Source: Dipteris shenzhenensis
Lineage: Eukaryota
Assembly (NCBI GenBank): GCA_047967505.1
Contig: CM106538.1
DNA: 64,000 nucleotides
Strand: one strand, 5' to 3'
Shown here: in pieces, positions 14,283-27,161 of the stretch
Layout: every line of letters begins with the position of its first letter
How positions within the stretch are numbered: position 1 is the stretch's first letter
Translations under genes and position numbers: made by a program
Notes under the pieces: generated by a model
Seen by the model: the letters and a program-made list of their open reading frames with translations, nothing else
The model's database searches: none
Told to the model about the DNA's origin: nothing

Positions 14283-14594
14283 CCGTTGTGCATTTATGTC
14301 ACTGACTTGTTAGCTGCAGATGTGGTTGGTACAACGCCCATGAATAATAGCTGGATGACAGCTATCCTTATGTACTCTAGTTTGTGGCTCAGTTAGTATG
14401 CCACCTTAGTTAGCTGAGTTTGGTTTGAGACCCACATATAGGGTTCTTCTATTTCTTTATACTAGAGTTCCTTTGGCTTTCAGAACTAAGAAGAGAAAAA
14501 CTATTTTCAGCCTCCAACTTTGTGTGTATTCCCCCATTGTGTATGTGAGAAAGCCGCAAGTGAGACTCCTTCCTTCTCTCCCACTATCTTCACA
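14243..14594 (+). repeat. 3' LTR of Copia A (352 bp, TG...CA)
   Basis: Starts TGTTGAGA after the PPT and ends CTTCACA. Both ends match the inverted copy at 58833-59190. Confidence 0.85.
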
Positions 14595-14811
14595 CTGTCA
14601 TCACCCACCATAATTCAAGGTTGTCTTGGAGAGACCACCACGCTAGTTCTTGGAGTTATATCTCCATTATCTATTTTTACGTATTACAAGAGGAGGTCTA
14701 TGATGACCAGCACGCTGGCAATTAGAAGGAGATCTATGATAGCCACCACGCTGGTTCTTGGAGTTATATATTTGTGAATTGAGGAAAATATATTCCATTG
14801 TGCAACCAAGC

Positions 14812-14972
14812 AAAATGCAATTGATGATATGGCTTTTGAGGGGTCCCCTTTAGGGCCAAGGGCCATATCAACATGCCATTTCTGTCCAGTGGCATCCTAG
14901 ATATTGTATAATGTATATTGATATGGCCCTTGCCCCTAGAGGGTACCCTTGTCGATATGTCAATTGCATTTT
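14812..14972. repeat. Foldback / MITE-like inverted repeat
   Basis: Imperfect ~55-bp arms: AAAATGCAATTGA...AAGGGCCATATCAA and TTGATATGGCCCTT...TCAATTGCATTTT. Confidence 0.7.
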
Positions 14973-15559
14973 TTGAAAGTTTAATTGTATTTTTCTAGAT
15001 GTATCTCCATGCAACCACAACGGTGGGTTGTTGGAGTTATTTTAGTGCTATTTTGGTCATAAACCAAGGAAATTACAGTCCTTCTTTCCAAGCATTTTAG
15101 TCCTCATTGTAATAAATATAAATGAGGGCAAAAGTACAATTTATCGAGTGAAAATTGAGCATTGAAAGATATTACAATGTACATCTACATCCAATATAAA
15201 AATTTACAACTTATACTGAGCAAAAATTGAACAGAGGATCTTACATTTATAAAAACTTAGCAATTGCTGAGAGCCTGAAAGGCCAAAAGATTACAACTAG
15301 TGACCATAACCATTCAAATGTAAAAGTTAACAAGAGTGCATATTGAGAGCCTCAAAGTGAACAAAAAGAGATTACATAAATGTAAAAAAAACTCAGCAAT
15401 TACTGAGAGCCTTAGAGACCAAAACATTACATCCAGTGAGCCAAAAGATCGTTTAGACCCTTAGAGGCCAAAAGATTACATCCAACCATTGCTGAGAGCC
15501 TCATTTGAGCAAGAGGGATTTTGTACAGCTCAGAATTCTTCCTGTCTAGCTTGTTGCAT

Positions 15560-18500
15560 TAATAATTTTTAGGGAGCCAAAGGAGGATACGATGGAGAGG
15601 CCGAAGACCATGCACATTGCCAGGACTCAACACTCTGGTTGCAGTTTGAGAAGTGTGTGCTCATTTGTGGTGTGCATTGGGTTGCAATGGATGATTTATA
15701 GGCCATTTGGATGGATTGCGGTCCTTATTGGATGCACTGATAGGCCCAAATTGCCTTGTGGGATGCTATTTTTATGGACGCTTTGCACATGGATGCTATT
15801 TTATGCTAAGGGACAGCTTTGACACATTGCAGGTGATGCACTGATAGTGCTATGCTCTCTTGGATGAGATATTATTAATGCATATGCCAGTGGATGGTGT
15901 TTATGCTTGAGTCATTTGGCACTTATTGGCATTTTGGATTGCCATTGCAGTTGGCATTTTCTTTGGGCAAGATTTGCTCATATGGATGCATAGTATATGC
16001 ACATGAGTCAGATGCTTTGAGACATCAGTTTTGGTGATATTTCACTCTATTGTCGCATACACATTTGGGTGCACCTAGTATTTGGTGTGATTCTCTCTTG
16101 TAGGCACTAGCATTTGGGATTTTTGCATCATTTGCATCATGGCATCCTCTTCCATGTCTAAAAAGGAGTTTTTAAGCATTAAAAAGTTTGATGGGACAAA
16201 CTTTTCTTTGTGGAATCTCATAGCAAATCTAGGGCATGGAACATTGAGTGTTACCACTATGGCAAGAAGGGCCATATGAAAAAGGATTGCTACAAGCTGA
16301 AAAGAGAGCAAAAGGATAAGAAAAAGAATGCAAATTGGGGTGCAAATCAAAAGGAAGAGAGTCCAAGGGAGGACAAAGAAAAAGTGAAGATCGAGGAGAT
16401 CAATGCAATCACACATGATAGTGACAATGGCGTTCTCTTCATATCTAGTTTATCTGCAGAGTTGCTTACCACTTCAAATGATTCATATTCCCAGGATTGG
16501 ATTTTGGATTCTGGTGCTTCATTCCATGTTACTCCCCATAGGGAATGGTTCTCCACTTATGACAGTGGAAAGACAGGTTTGTGTGCATCTTGGAAATGAC
16601 TATGCATGTGACATAGTGGGAGTAGGTGACAAAAATGGTCTGCATTTATTTTGAAACATGTGAGACATGTGCCTAAGTTGATCAAGAGTCTTATTTCAGT
16701 GGGTCAGCTAGATGATGCTAGTTTTCACACCACTTTTGGCTTTCAGAGTTGGAAAATTTAGAAGGGCTCTATGCTTTTGGCCAGGGGTGCCAAGTGTGGG
16801 ACTTTGTATCCCTTACATGTATCAGGGGTATTTGATCATGTTGTTGCAATAACCGAGCAACCAAGCACTTCTTTATGGCATTGCAGGTTGGGGCACATGA
16901 GCCAAAATGGAATGAAACTCTTATGCCATTTGGGTTATGTACCGCATTTGAGTTTCTCTGATTTTGAATTTTGTGAGCACTGTCTCTATGGGAAGCAGAC
17001 TAAATCAGCCCATAAAAGAAGGGGAAAGAAAGAGTTTGAAAAGCTTGATTTGGTGCATTCAGACGTATGTGGTCCCATGCCTACACGGTCATTAGGCGGG
17101 GCTGAATACTATGTGACATTCATTGATGATGCAACTAGGAAAGTGTGGGCTTATGCTATAGCTCGGAAGAGTGATGTGTTCCAGGTATTTCAGAAATGGT
17201 TGGCCTTGGTTGAGAATATGTCAGGTAGAACACTTAAATGCCTACGGACTGACAATGGTGGAGAGTATCTCTCTCATGACTTTCAGCATTTCTATGATAC
17301 ACATGGGATTAAGAGGGAGCTCACATCCCCTCGTACTCCATAGCAAAATCCAGTTGCAGAAAAGATGAATCATACCATTCAAGAAAAGTTGCAATGTATG
17401 CTTTTCAATGCAAGTCTTTTTGGTGGTTTTTGGGCTGAGGCAATGAAGACTGCAGTGCATGTGATCAATAGATCACCTAGTAAGAGTTTGGATGGTGGTA
17501 TTCCTAAAGAGGCATGGAGTGGCAAGAAGCCCTCTTACTCTCATTTGTGTATATTTGGGTGTAAGACATATGCACATGTGCCAAAAGAGCTTCTAGATCC
17601 TAAGTCTAGGAAATGCATCTTTCTGGGTTATGGTGAAAGTGGAGAGATGGGCTATCGTCTGTGGGATCCAGAAGCAAAGAAGATCATACGCAGCCATGAT
17701 GTAGTCTTCAATGAGAAGAAGATCCATAAGGCACCCACGAGGGATGTGGAAATGAGGAGAATCACTTTCTAGGATGTGAATGCACCTGCATATGTTGATA
17801 GACAACAAGCTGTCCATGCACCAAATGTGCAAGAAATGGTACCACCAAGTACTCCCACAGGTATACAATCAAGGGTAGATGATGGATCATCTATTGGTGG
17901 AAATGATGAGCCAAATGTGGCTAATATGCAGGTGGGACAGCAAGCTGAAATGCCCTTGAGAAGATCATCTAAAGTGTCTAGACCACCTGATAGGTTTGTT
18001 CCAAGGGTAGACTATGTGATGCATATTGATTGCGGGGAGCCTTCTTGCTACAGAGAGGCTATGATGCATGAGGATCAACGCAAGTGGGAGTATGCTATGC
18101 AATAAGAGATGAGTTCACTTATGAAGAATAAGACTTGGGACTTGGTTTCTTTGCCACATGGAAAGAAAGCATTGCCATGTAAATGGGTCTACAAAATGAA
18201 GGTCACAGGTGATGATGTGCCTAGGTACAAGGCTCGTTTGGTCACTAAAGGGTTCAAGCAAGAGAAGGGTGTGGACTTTGATGAGATATTCTCTCTAGTT
18301 GTGAAGATGACCACACTTAAATGCATGCTTGGACTAGTGGCATCAGGGGATATGGAGGTTATGTAGATGGATGTCAAGACAGCTTTCTTGCATGGGAATT
18401 TGCATGAGGAAATTTACATGGTGCAGCCGGAAGGCTTTGAAGAAAAGGGCAAAGAGCATTTAGTTTGCAAGCTGAAGAAGAGTCTCTATGGTCTTAAGCA

Positions 18501-19812
18501 AGCACCTAGAGAATGGTATCAGAAGTTTGATGCTTTCATTCGGTCCCAGGGTTTTAGAAGGAGTGAAATTGATCATTGCCTCTACACTAAAAGGGCTAAG
18601 GATAATAGCCTGATAATCTTGGCACTATATGTGGATGATATGCTATTGGCTAGCAAGAATACTTATGAGCTAGTTCCTTAAAGGCCAAGTTGCATGAAAC
18701 CTTTGATATGAAGGATTTGGGACTTGCAGGTCATATTCTTAGTATGCGCATCACGCGTGATCGGAGTAGGAAACTCCTTTGGCTTTCACAAAAGGAGTAT
18801 GTTACAAAAGTATTGCAGTGTTACAATATGGAGGGGGGGAAGGCAGTGAGTACTCCATTGCCTCCATATGTGAAACTGAGTCATACAGATAGTCCCAAAT
18901 CAGATGAGGAGAGTGCCATGATGGCCAAGGTTCCTTATGCATCAGCGGTTGGGAGTCTTATGTATGCTATGATAGCTACTAGACCAAACATTGCATTTGC
19001 AGTGGGAGTTGTTAGCCGGTATATGGCTAATCCAGGAAAGAGGCATTGGGAGGCAGTTAAGTGCATCATGAGGTACATGAAGGGTACCAAGGAGATGTGC
19101 TTTGGTAGAGGAGACATGCATGTACTTGGGTACATAGATTTAGACTATGCAGGGCATGTAGATAGTAGGAGATCCACTTCTGGTTATGTGTTCACCTTTG
19201 CAGGTGGTGCAGTGTCATGGATGTCTTGCACACAGAAGTGCTATTGCTTTGTCTACCACAGAGGCTGAGTATGTTGCAGCCACAGAGGGTTGCAAGGAGG
19301 CTATATGGCTTGATTGGCTAGTGGGAGATTTGGGGATTCATACAGGTGTACCGACATGGCATAGTGATTCCATGAGTGCTATATTCAACTAGCACGGAAT
19401 CTGGTCTTTCATGAAAAGACCAAACACATTGAGGTCAGGTACCATTTCATCAGGGAGGTACTTGAGGACAAGTGCATAGAGCTTGTCAAGGTTCATCTGA
19501 GATGATAACCTTGCAGATATGCTAACGAAGAGTCTACCTAGTCAGCAGTTTGAGTATTGTTGTGTATTGATGAGCATTGGATAGTATGCTCACGGTTGTT
19601 CTCCCTTAAAGGCACATTGTCCTTTAAGTGGGAGGTTGTGGGGGTTAAAGGTCACTCTGCCTTTACCCCGGTTATGTACAATACTCAAACACATATATAA
19701 ATGAATGAAAAAGAAGATTAGGGTGTTCTACACCCACCAAAGACTTGTGTGGCTCTCTATCTCTCTCTCTCTCCCTCTTTCGTTCTTACTTCCATTGAAA
19801 GCACTCTCACCA
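15560..19812 (+). mobile_element. Ty1/Copia element B (Tnt1-like), most of gag deleted, 5' LTR missing; left boundary approximate
   Basis: ATG at 16139 jumps almost directly to the knuckle CYHYGKKGHMKKDC. Then WILDSGASFH, LDLVHSDVCGP, MDVKTAFLHG, LYVDDML, VPYASAVGSLMYAM. PPT AAGTGGGAGG, then a probable 3' LTR at 19637-19812 (TG...CA). Confidence 0.9.
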
Positions 19813-20064
19813 ATGCCATTCTTCACAACCCCACATGGAGAATGGCACTGGTGCCAATCTCCATGTGGATCTAGCTAATTTTAAATTTCCCTATGCAAAA
19901 TGGCTTTGGTGCCACTCTCCAATGTTGGTTTATGGCTATGGGCACCAATGCCATGATCCACAAACCCAAATACATTCCGCAAGGGAAAAGTTAAAATTTG
20001 CTAGACTCACATGGAGATTGGAAACAAGTGCCATTCTCCATGTGGGATTTTAGAATGGCACTGG
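19810..20064. repeat. Long inverted repeat (foldback) with ~90-bp arms
   Basis: CCAATGCCATTCT...CCACATGGAGAATGGCACT...CCAATCTCCATGTG pairs with CACATGGAGATTGG...AGTGCCATTCTCCATGTGG...AGAATGGCACTGG. Confidence 0.85.
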
Positions 20065-20145
20065 TGCCAATCTCTGTTGGTCTTATGAAATTCTTTAGTT
20101 GTAATTTTTTCAAAATCTCATTTCTTGTAATCATAATGGCAGGGG

Positions 20146-23100
20146 ATGGCTGCTAGATGTGGGGACAAGGTCATGATGGTGGTGGGGAATGAAGTGGTTG
20201 CAATTGGTGGTGTGTCATAGATGCAGAGGGCTATTGTAGTGGTGTGAAGATTGATGAAGAAAATGTATTGGTGATAGTGGAGAAGTCTATCAATAGTGAT
20301 ATGCTCTTGCCATTTCCCACTATGGATGCATTGCTTATTGGTGAGGCACTTTGGAGCATTGTCAAGTGGCCTAATACCTCTCTAAAACATGTTGGTGATT
20401 CTTTAGATGATCCGATAACTCAAGAAGCCACACCAAGTGAGCCTAAGCAACCTTATGTTGAGGCAATACCAATTTCTTCATTGGAAATTGACAATTGCAT
20501 TCCTGAATCTTGGAAAGAGAAAAAGGTTGTCTTGTGGGATGATAGCAAAACAAAGACCATGGGGGAAGGTGTGATCTTGTATGTTTTTCTGGGTGACTCT
20601 ATAAACTTTGATTTATTGGGTAACAATTGCATTGGTGTGGGTATTGAAAAGAAAGAACAAATGATAAGAAGTGGCTTAGGGTCTTCTATGCAAGATGTTG
20701 GATCTCTCAGCCTAGTTAAGTGGCCCATCAAGCAGATTACCTTAGTTAATGGAAGCCCATTGCAACAATATGTGCCCATGAGCCAGGTTGGTGGCACAGA
20801 TGAGGTGGTCAATGATCTAATGTTGAAAAAGGATGCTCCACCTTGAAAGAAAAGAAGGTACACTTTCATTAGCAGGGTGCCTAAACAAAGGAAGCCTCCA
20901 ACGCTAATGTACAAAATGTCACTAGAGTCGGTGGTGCAGCAAGTTTCATCCATCGATTGTTGTGGTAGTAGGTACTACCTAGCATGCTGAACGAGACGTC
21001 TTAATGTCTGTAAGGAAGAATTTTTGAGGCAGCTCCTTGGAGTCTCGTACAAACTTTTTATACGATATGTTGTTAATGGCTTGGCATCGTGACTATGCTA
21101 GGAGGATATGCTACAACTTCAAGGTAAACAATCGGGATGTGTGTTGTAGAGCATGGTACGAGATGCATGGAATCCCAAGGGCATCATTTTATCGATACAG
21201 GGAGCAATTTGAGAGTGGTGTGCAACGATATGTGCGTGGGAATTTTGGGATTGTGAGGAGGAGCAAGGTGCACACAGGTATGGGGAGGGCTCTCATTCAA
21301 CACTTTATGGATAATAGCACAGACCATATGCCTCACAAGAGTAGAACCATGTAGGATGGTTCTAGAGAGACACAGCAAGTGATACCTGAAGCATGAGGTC
21401 AACACTTCACTTAATCAACGTGGTTATCAGAGCTTATCCACATCCACATTTGGCAAGATTCAAAAATCAAACTTAAAAAATGTAGCCCTTGCTAAGACAA
21501 GTGAATTCTCTAAATGTAGCTTTTGCAGTCAGATCAAGGCTCAATTGGCAGCCACAAAAAGTCAAGATGAGTGCAATTCATTGATGGAGGAGAGAAAGAT
21601 GCATATGATACAACAACAGAGTTGCAAAAACTTATACTATGTATGGCATAGGTACTCCGAGATGGATCCAAAAAAGTATGTATGCATAATCCATGATATG
21701 ATGGACAAAAAAAAGACGACAATTCCAAGCCTTTGCGTGAGGTCCAAGGACACCGATTCTGCATGGCAATGATAGGTTTCACTCATTGGAATGATTACCC
21801 ATGGCCATGGACAAGTTCATTATGGACACTTCACCCTCAATGGTTTCTGGCCATCTGATCTCAACCTAACAATTGGATCGCTCTCAATTTGTTTGCACAA
21901 CCTAGAGAGGATGGATATGCATGACTTCAGAGACCTTGCTATAGATGGGATTCCAAGAAGCCATGCTCACCTTCTGAATTCTCTCACAAATTCCATGACA
22001 ACTTCCATTGCGAGGGATGCAGACAGAGTGCAGACACATGTAGGAATTTGTTGCCATCAGCTACTCGTGAAAATCCACCGTCTCCAAATTGATGTGTTGC
22101 TGTTGAGCTAACAAACCAAAGTTTCCAAAGAGCTTGCTACTCCAGCTAGATAATTGTGGGTCTCAAAAGAAAAATAGATACTTGTTTGCATACCTTTCTC
22201 TTCTTGTAGCAAGGGGAATTTTCAAGACAGTTCAATTGGGATTCTTGATGGTAGGGCACACACATGAGGACATTGATGCAATGTTTAGTAGGTTCTTTGA
22301 GAGTTTGCAAGTAGGACAAACATTCAATTTCCCTCATCTAATGGATACATTCAAAAAATGTACATCAGCTTCTCAAGCACCATTTCTTCTTACACGAGTT
22401 CCTAACTTCAAGGATTATGTGGATGGCTACCTATGTGATGGCCAAGAAATTTGGTTGGTCATGCAAAGCCATTACAATTTTGATTTTTCATGCAAGGTGA
22501 GAGACCTATGATGCAGTACAAGGTGCATCCAACATCACTACACTGGACACCCATTGAAGGGGGAATTGAGCTATGGAAGAAAGATAGTGAGGGTCGACCA
22601 TTGCTGCCTATAGGTTTTGCTCGGATATATTGCCAATGGTTGCATTTGTGAGAGATCACTTGTAAGTAATATCAAGGACAAAGGATTACATTAAGTTTTG
22701 GGAGAGATGTGCAAGTGGAAAGAATGTGTCGTATGAGTCCTACATTAGGCCAATGATAGACTACTGGAAAACCATGATCGGTGAGCTTGAACAGGAAAAC
22801 ATCTCAGAGATAGGCTCGGGGGGGTCACTATGTATAAACCCTCTATATCACATGCGTTCAAGGCCTATATTTAAAATCCCTTATCTGTAAATTTTTTCAT
22901 TAATAAAATGTACCCCTTTTCTATACAAATCTGTAAATTTTTTCCAAAACTATTTTAAATAGTCCCTTATGTATATTTATTTCTGTAAATTTTAGGAATA
23001 AAAAATATCCTTCTTTTGAACTCACGTGATAGGGTTACATATGATGAGTGACCCCCCCGAGGAGATAGGAGTGTATAGGGAATTTTGGCCAAGAACACAA

Positions 23101-23590
23101 TCGCCTGATGAGGAGGAGGATATAGATGCTTGTTAATGAGTTCCAAGGCTATGAGGAATGGAATGATCACTATTGCAGGCCTCTAAAAGGTAAGCCAAGG
23201 GAAGAGTTTAGACCAATGCTAGATGTTAAGGAAGGTGACTTCATCTTGGTGAGGCCATCAAACCCGGTATACCCCATATGGCTTGGGGTTGCAATATCAA
23301 GTGTCGAGATGGATGCTGCATCTCCTAACTTCAAGAAAGTATTAATTCAGTATTGGACACCATCAGTTAAGAGAAAGGGGCTTAGGGATGCAGATGCCTA
23401 TGTTGAATACTAGAACAAGTATTGGGCAGAGAATAGGTTGGATCAATAGGTGTGGGAGTGTATTGATGCAGTGGTCTGGTCATGGACATCAAAAGCCATA
23501 AATAGACCCAAGAAGATTAAGATTCCATAGAATGTATGTATCAAAGCATAGGAGAGCTTGCTTGGTATTAGAGCATATAAAAATGGTGAT
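20146..23590 (+). pseudogene. Decayed DNA transposase 1, Sola-like / DUF7869-type RNase-H fold
   Basis: Acidic motifs YVCIIHDMMD, LQLDNC..KKNRY and FLMVGHTHEDIDAMFS. Two N-terminal Transposase_23-like repeats (LLPFP...IGEALWSIVKWP). C-terminal GDFILVRP...IWLG...IQYW domain. Multiple stops and frameshifts. Confidence 0.8.
22815..23061. mobile_element. 247-bp MITE inserted in transposase 1
   Basis: Perfect 15-bp TIR CTCGGGGGGGTCACT / AGTGACCCCCCCGAG and perfect 8-bp TSD GAGATAGG (22807-22814, 23062-23069). Removal restores the frame ENISEIGVYREFWPRT. Confidence 0.92.
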
Positions 23591-24664
23591 CGTTTTCTCC
23601 TTCTTCATCTCCCAAACTTCCATTTTAATATGTCTTCTCATGTGATATTTCTCAATCATTGTTATCCTATCGATGCATATTTGCATATTATTAATATGAT
23701 GATTTTTCATAAGCTGTCTTTCACCAACAACTACTTTGTTTCTAGTGGTTCACTTTCCACGGTGTTTGTTAATACCACCAATTGGTGTTTATTAACACTT
23801 CAAGTAAAATATACATGTTGTCCCCAAACGGTGTTTCTTAACACCACCAAATACATGATTTTCAAACTCTGCCACAAATGCTTTGTTCCAGTTGTTATAT
23901 GCAATGAAGTGTTTCACAAAACCAATGAAGTTTTTCATAATCATTGGAATTTCCAACTAATAGTATATTTCAATATTGGCAAAATTCCCACAATCAATGA
24001 AACTTTTCCCAAATTTAATGAAATCCACCCAATTTCAAAATTCCCAAAGTGCAACTTTTGTCCCATTTTATCTAATACGGTGTTTATATGTTTTCTGTTC
24101 TTACCTCCACTAGCAATAGATTGACACTTGATAGCGACTTTATGGAATTCGCTTTATGATAGTAAAAGATTGCGTAGTGATTGCTATAGTAGTGAATTAT
24201 GTTGCGAGAGCAGGAATTACTTGACGTAATATACCATTACTTTGAAAAGTTAGTAGTTTATTTCTAAGGATTGAAAGTTATTAAGAAATGTTAATGATGT
24301 TGCATGTTGCATGTTGCTTTTGAGTGAAATTTAGTTTACACCAGTATTGCAATTTTTCATGTGTATTTTGGATGTTCTTTATTTTGAAGTTTGAGTGCTT
24401 ACAAAACAATTGTTGCATGCACTAGATCACTACACTATCTACACACCCATCTTTGATGGCAACACAAGAGCAGTTAAAGACTGAGATTTTGATGCTTGCC
24501 CGTAAGAAAATGATCGAGTGACAAAGAAATTCGTGCCCATGCAAGTTCAAAATTTCTATGTGATCAAATGATATCCCAAATACTTGACCTTATTTACATG
24601 AGTTGGGCCAGTCGTCGCAGTCGAATGACACGATCAGAGGTTAAAGTGATACTTGATCGATTTA

Positions 24665-27161
24665 TCCCTCGAGTGTTTGGAGATCTGGTAGGACAATAGC
24701 AATTATACGAGAAGGTGAGCAATGTAGCCTACCAATGTCCTCAATGCCAGGCCCTTGACTACCAGTGTCCTGACTAATAGGCTGCTCTAAGACAGTACCA
24801 ATGTCCTCAATGTGCCCTTGACTACCAGGGTCCTAACTAATAGGCTGCTCTAAGACTAGAGTCTCAGTAGCAAGGTCCTGGCTAGTATCATCCTGCCTAG
24901 TAGTTTGCTCTTTAGTTCCAAGCACCTGACTACTAGTAGGCTGCTTGAGAGTCTCATGATCAAGTTCTTGGTGAGTAGGGTCCTGGCTACTAGGTTCCTG
25001 ACTAGTAGGCTGCTCTAGAGTCTGTAAGGTCATGGTTGAAGAACCATCTATGCCTCCTGGTAACTCCTCCTGGTCATGCTTTGCCTCGTCCATACCTTCT
25101 TTGGGTAAGGCTTCCTTGCTTGATCCACTTGCATGTCCATCACCCAAGATCAAGGGTGCCTTTCTCACTTTTAATTTCAAGGGAAGTGCTTCCACCTCTT
25201 TAGCCTTACCTTTTCCTACGATGTGCTATACTACTACTTACTTGCTACCACGGGCCTTTTCGTATGATGAGTGGAACCTCCTTGACTCTAGTTGATAATT
25301 GATCACCCTTATTCTTTGTGTGGATTTCCTCTCGGCGTAACTCATCGGATGCAGAGCTTTCATCCTCATCATCGCCTGAGCTAGAATCATCACGCTCAGA
25401 CTCACTACCCTCGTCTTTGACATTTTCCTCATTACCCTCTTCTTTGACATTTTCCTCTTCAAAGAAGGTAGTACAACTGTGATATGTGTCAAAGAACTCA
25501 ATCTGATTGGTGGTATCAATGACATTTATATTTCTACCTTGGCGTAGCAATTTCTCAACAACAAAACCGATTCGATACAATGCTACTTCCCACCCATCAT
25601 TCAGTAAATTCTTTGTCATCTCTAGTATCACATCAAGATCCATCAGCTTTCTATAATCCACCATTACTGCATCAACGTTAATCTTATTGTCCTCAAAATA
25701 ATGAAGCTTGAGAGTCCTTAAAGGAATTTTGATTAGATTGCCACTACCCCTGGATAAGAAGCACATCAAGAAAGGCTGCAAGACTTGAATGGAAGTGCGT
25801 TCCAAGACTGTGATATGATTGTCAACCTTATTACTTGGTACGCCTTGCATATTGCTTATAACACCTTTCAAGCATCTATAGAACCGAGTCGTCTTTGCCA
25901 TGTACTCAAATGTAGGTCTCTTGCCCTTCACAGTTTGTGGCTTTCCATAGCCCACCCATAACTCCCTTGCCTCTATCAGGATCTCAGAAAGAAAAGATCT
26001 TTCTTTCAACCTAAATGGAGTAGACCTCAACCTTTTTGATTCTAGAATGTACTTCGAGTCATCGTTAAATATGCATACATGACAAATGACCCATTGAAAC
26101 TTTTCCATCCACTCAATCTGTGGCAAGTTTCCTTTTCTTCCCTCAACAAGGGTGATCCTGCAAGCTTCACAAAAGTGTTGCCCATCAATGGGCTCAAAGC
26201 TGCATCTTTCCAAGAATCTATTCTTTGCCAGCATGTATCTCTTCTTGATGTTAGTCCCATATCGGCTTTGGTACAAAGCCTCTCCACAAACAAAGTCACT
26301 CCTTCTAAAATTCTCAAAAGCATCAAGAAAGTCCACACGCTTTTGAAATGTGACATCAGGCAATGTAGGATCATCTTCTTGAAGTCTCTTAAACACCATA
26401 GGAGGAAGAGTGATATTAGTGGCAACTAGAGTTCTTGTTTTCCTCGTATCTTCATACAATTTGTGTGCAAATGTCTTATCTAGCTTTATTTGATTTGTGA
26501 ACAACGAAGCTGTATCAATAAGCATTGTGGCCATGCTAAATTGTGGAAATCCCCAAATGTACCCCTCATCCTCTCGAGGATGTAAGTTCGCCACACTTAT
26601 AGAAAAGTCTGCGAGATTTGTATCTTCTTCTTGCAGATCCTCTTGGTCATCACTATCCAATTTTTTGCTTGGTTTTAAATAACCTGCACTTGAACGATTT
26701 GCACATGGAGTAGGAGTTATTTTGGCTCTCTTTCTGGGAATAGCTGTGGAACTTGAATCTGCTCCATGATCACTCCTTCTTGTTCTTGTAGTTGTTGCAG
26801 TAGTCAATGGTGTAGGTACAGTTGGAGATAATGTAGTTACTACCGTAGATATTGTAGTTACTTTTGTTGGAGATACCGTAGTTATCGGCACAGATATTGG
26901 CGGTACAACTTGAGGGATACATGTTATAGATGGCATACTTACTGCTGATGGAGGTACAACACCACCACTTGGAAATGCATCCCACATTTTCTTCAATGCT
27001 TCCAAGGCACTAAGTAATTCTTGGGATCCCTCAATTGAATCTGGTAAGGGCTTCAAAAAGTGCTTGTGTGTGACTCGTAACTTGTAGACCACATCGTCAT
27101 TCTTCCCTTTGCACACAACTTCTATCAAATTGTTTTCTTTAATGTTGATGGTTGAGACCAT
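24665..27161 (-). CDS. Main and 3' part of a large unknown protein with a ParB/Srx-like 'PIDGQH' motif (open 27161-25245; frameshifted repetitive tail to ~24665)
   Basis: 638 open codons: P/T-rich linker, NLS-like PRKRAK, FEPIDGQHFCEAC, acidic tail. A further frame continues with LEQP[TI]S repeats. Confidence 0.7.

Larger units (their letters stand above)
9605..14594 (+). mobile_element. Ty1/Copia LTR retrotransposon A (5' LTR not found; left boundary approximate)
   Basis: Order gag, PR (WYVDSGASNHM), INT (ELIHSDVW), RT (YKARLV, QMDVKNAFLHG), RH (TDADWAG). PPT GAGGGGGAG is followed by a 3' LTR. Confidence 0.93.

Noticed and set aside
15150-15510. Degenerate GAGAGCC...AAAAGATTACA repeats, CRISPR-like at first glance
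   Set aside because: Irregular AT-rich subrepeats in eukaryotic DNA, no cas genes, no unique spacers.
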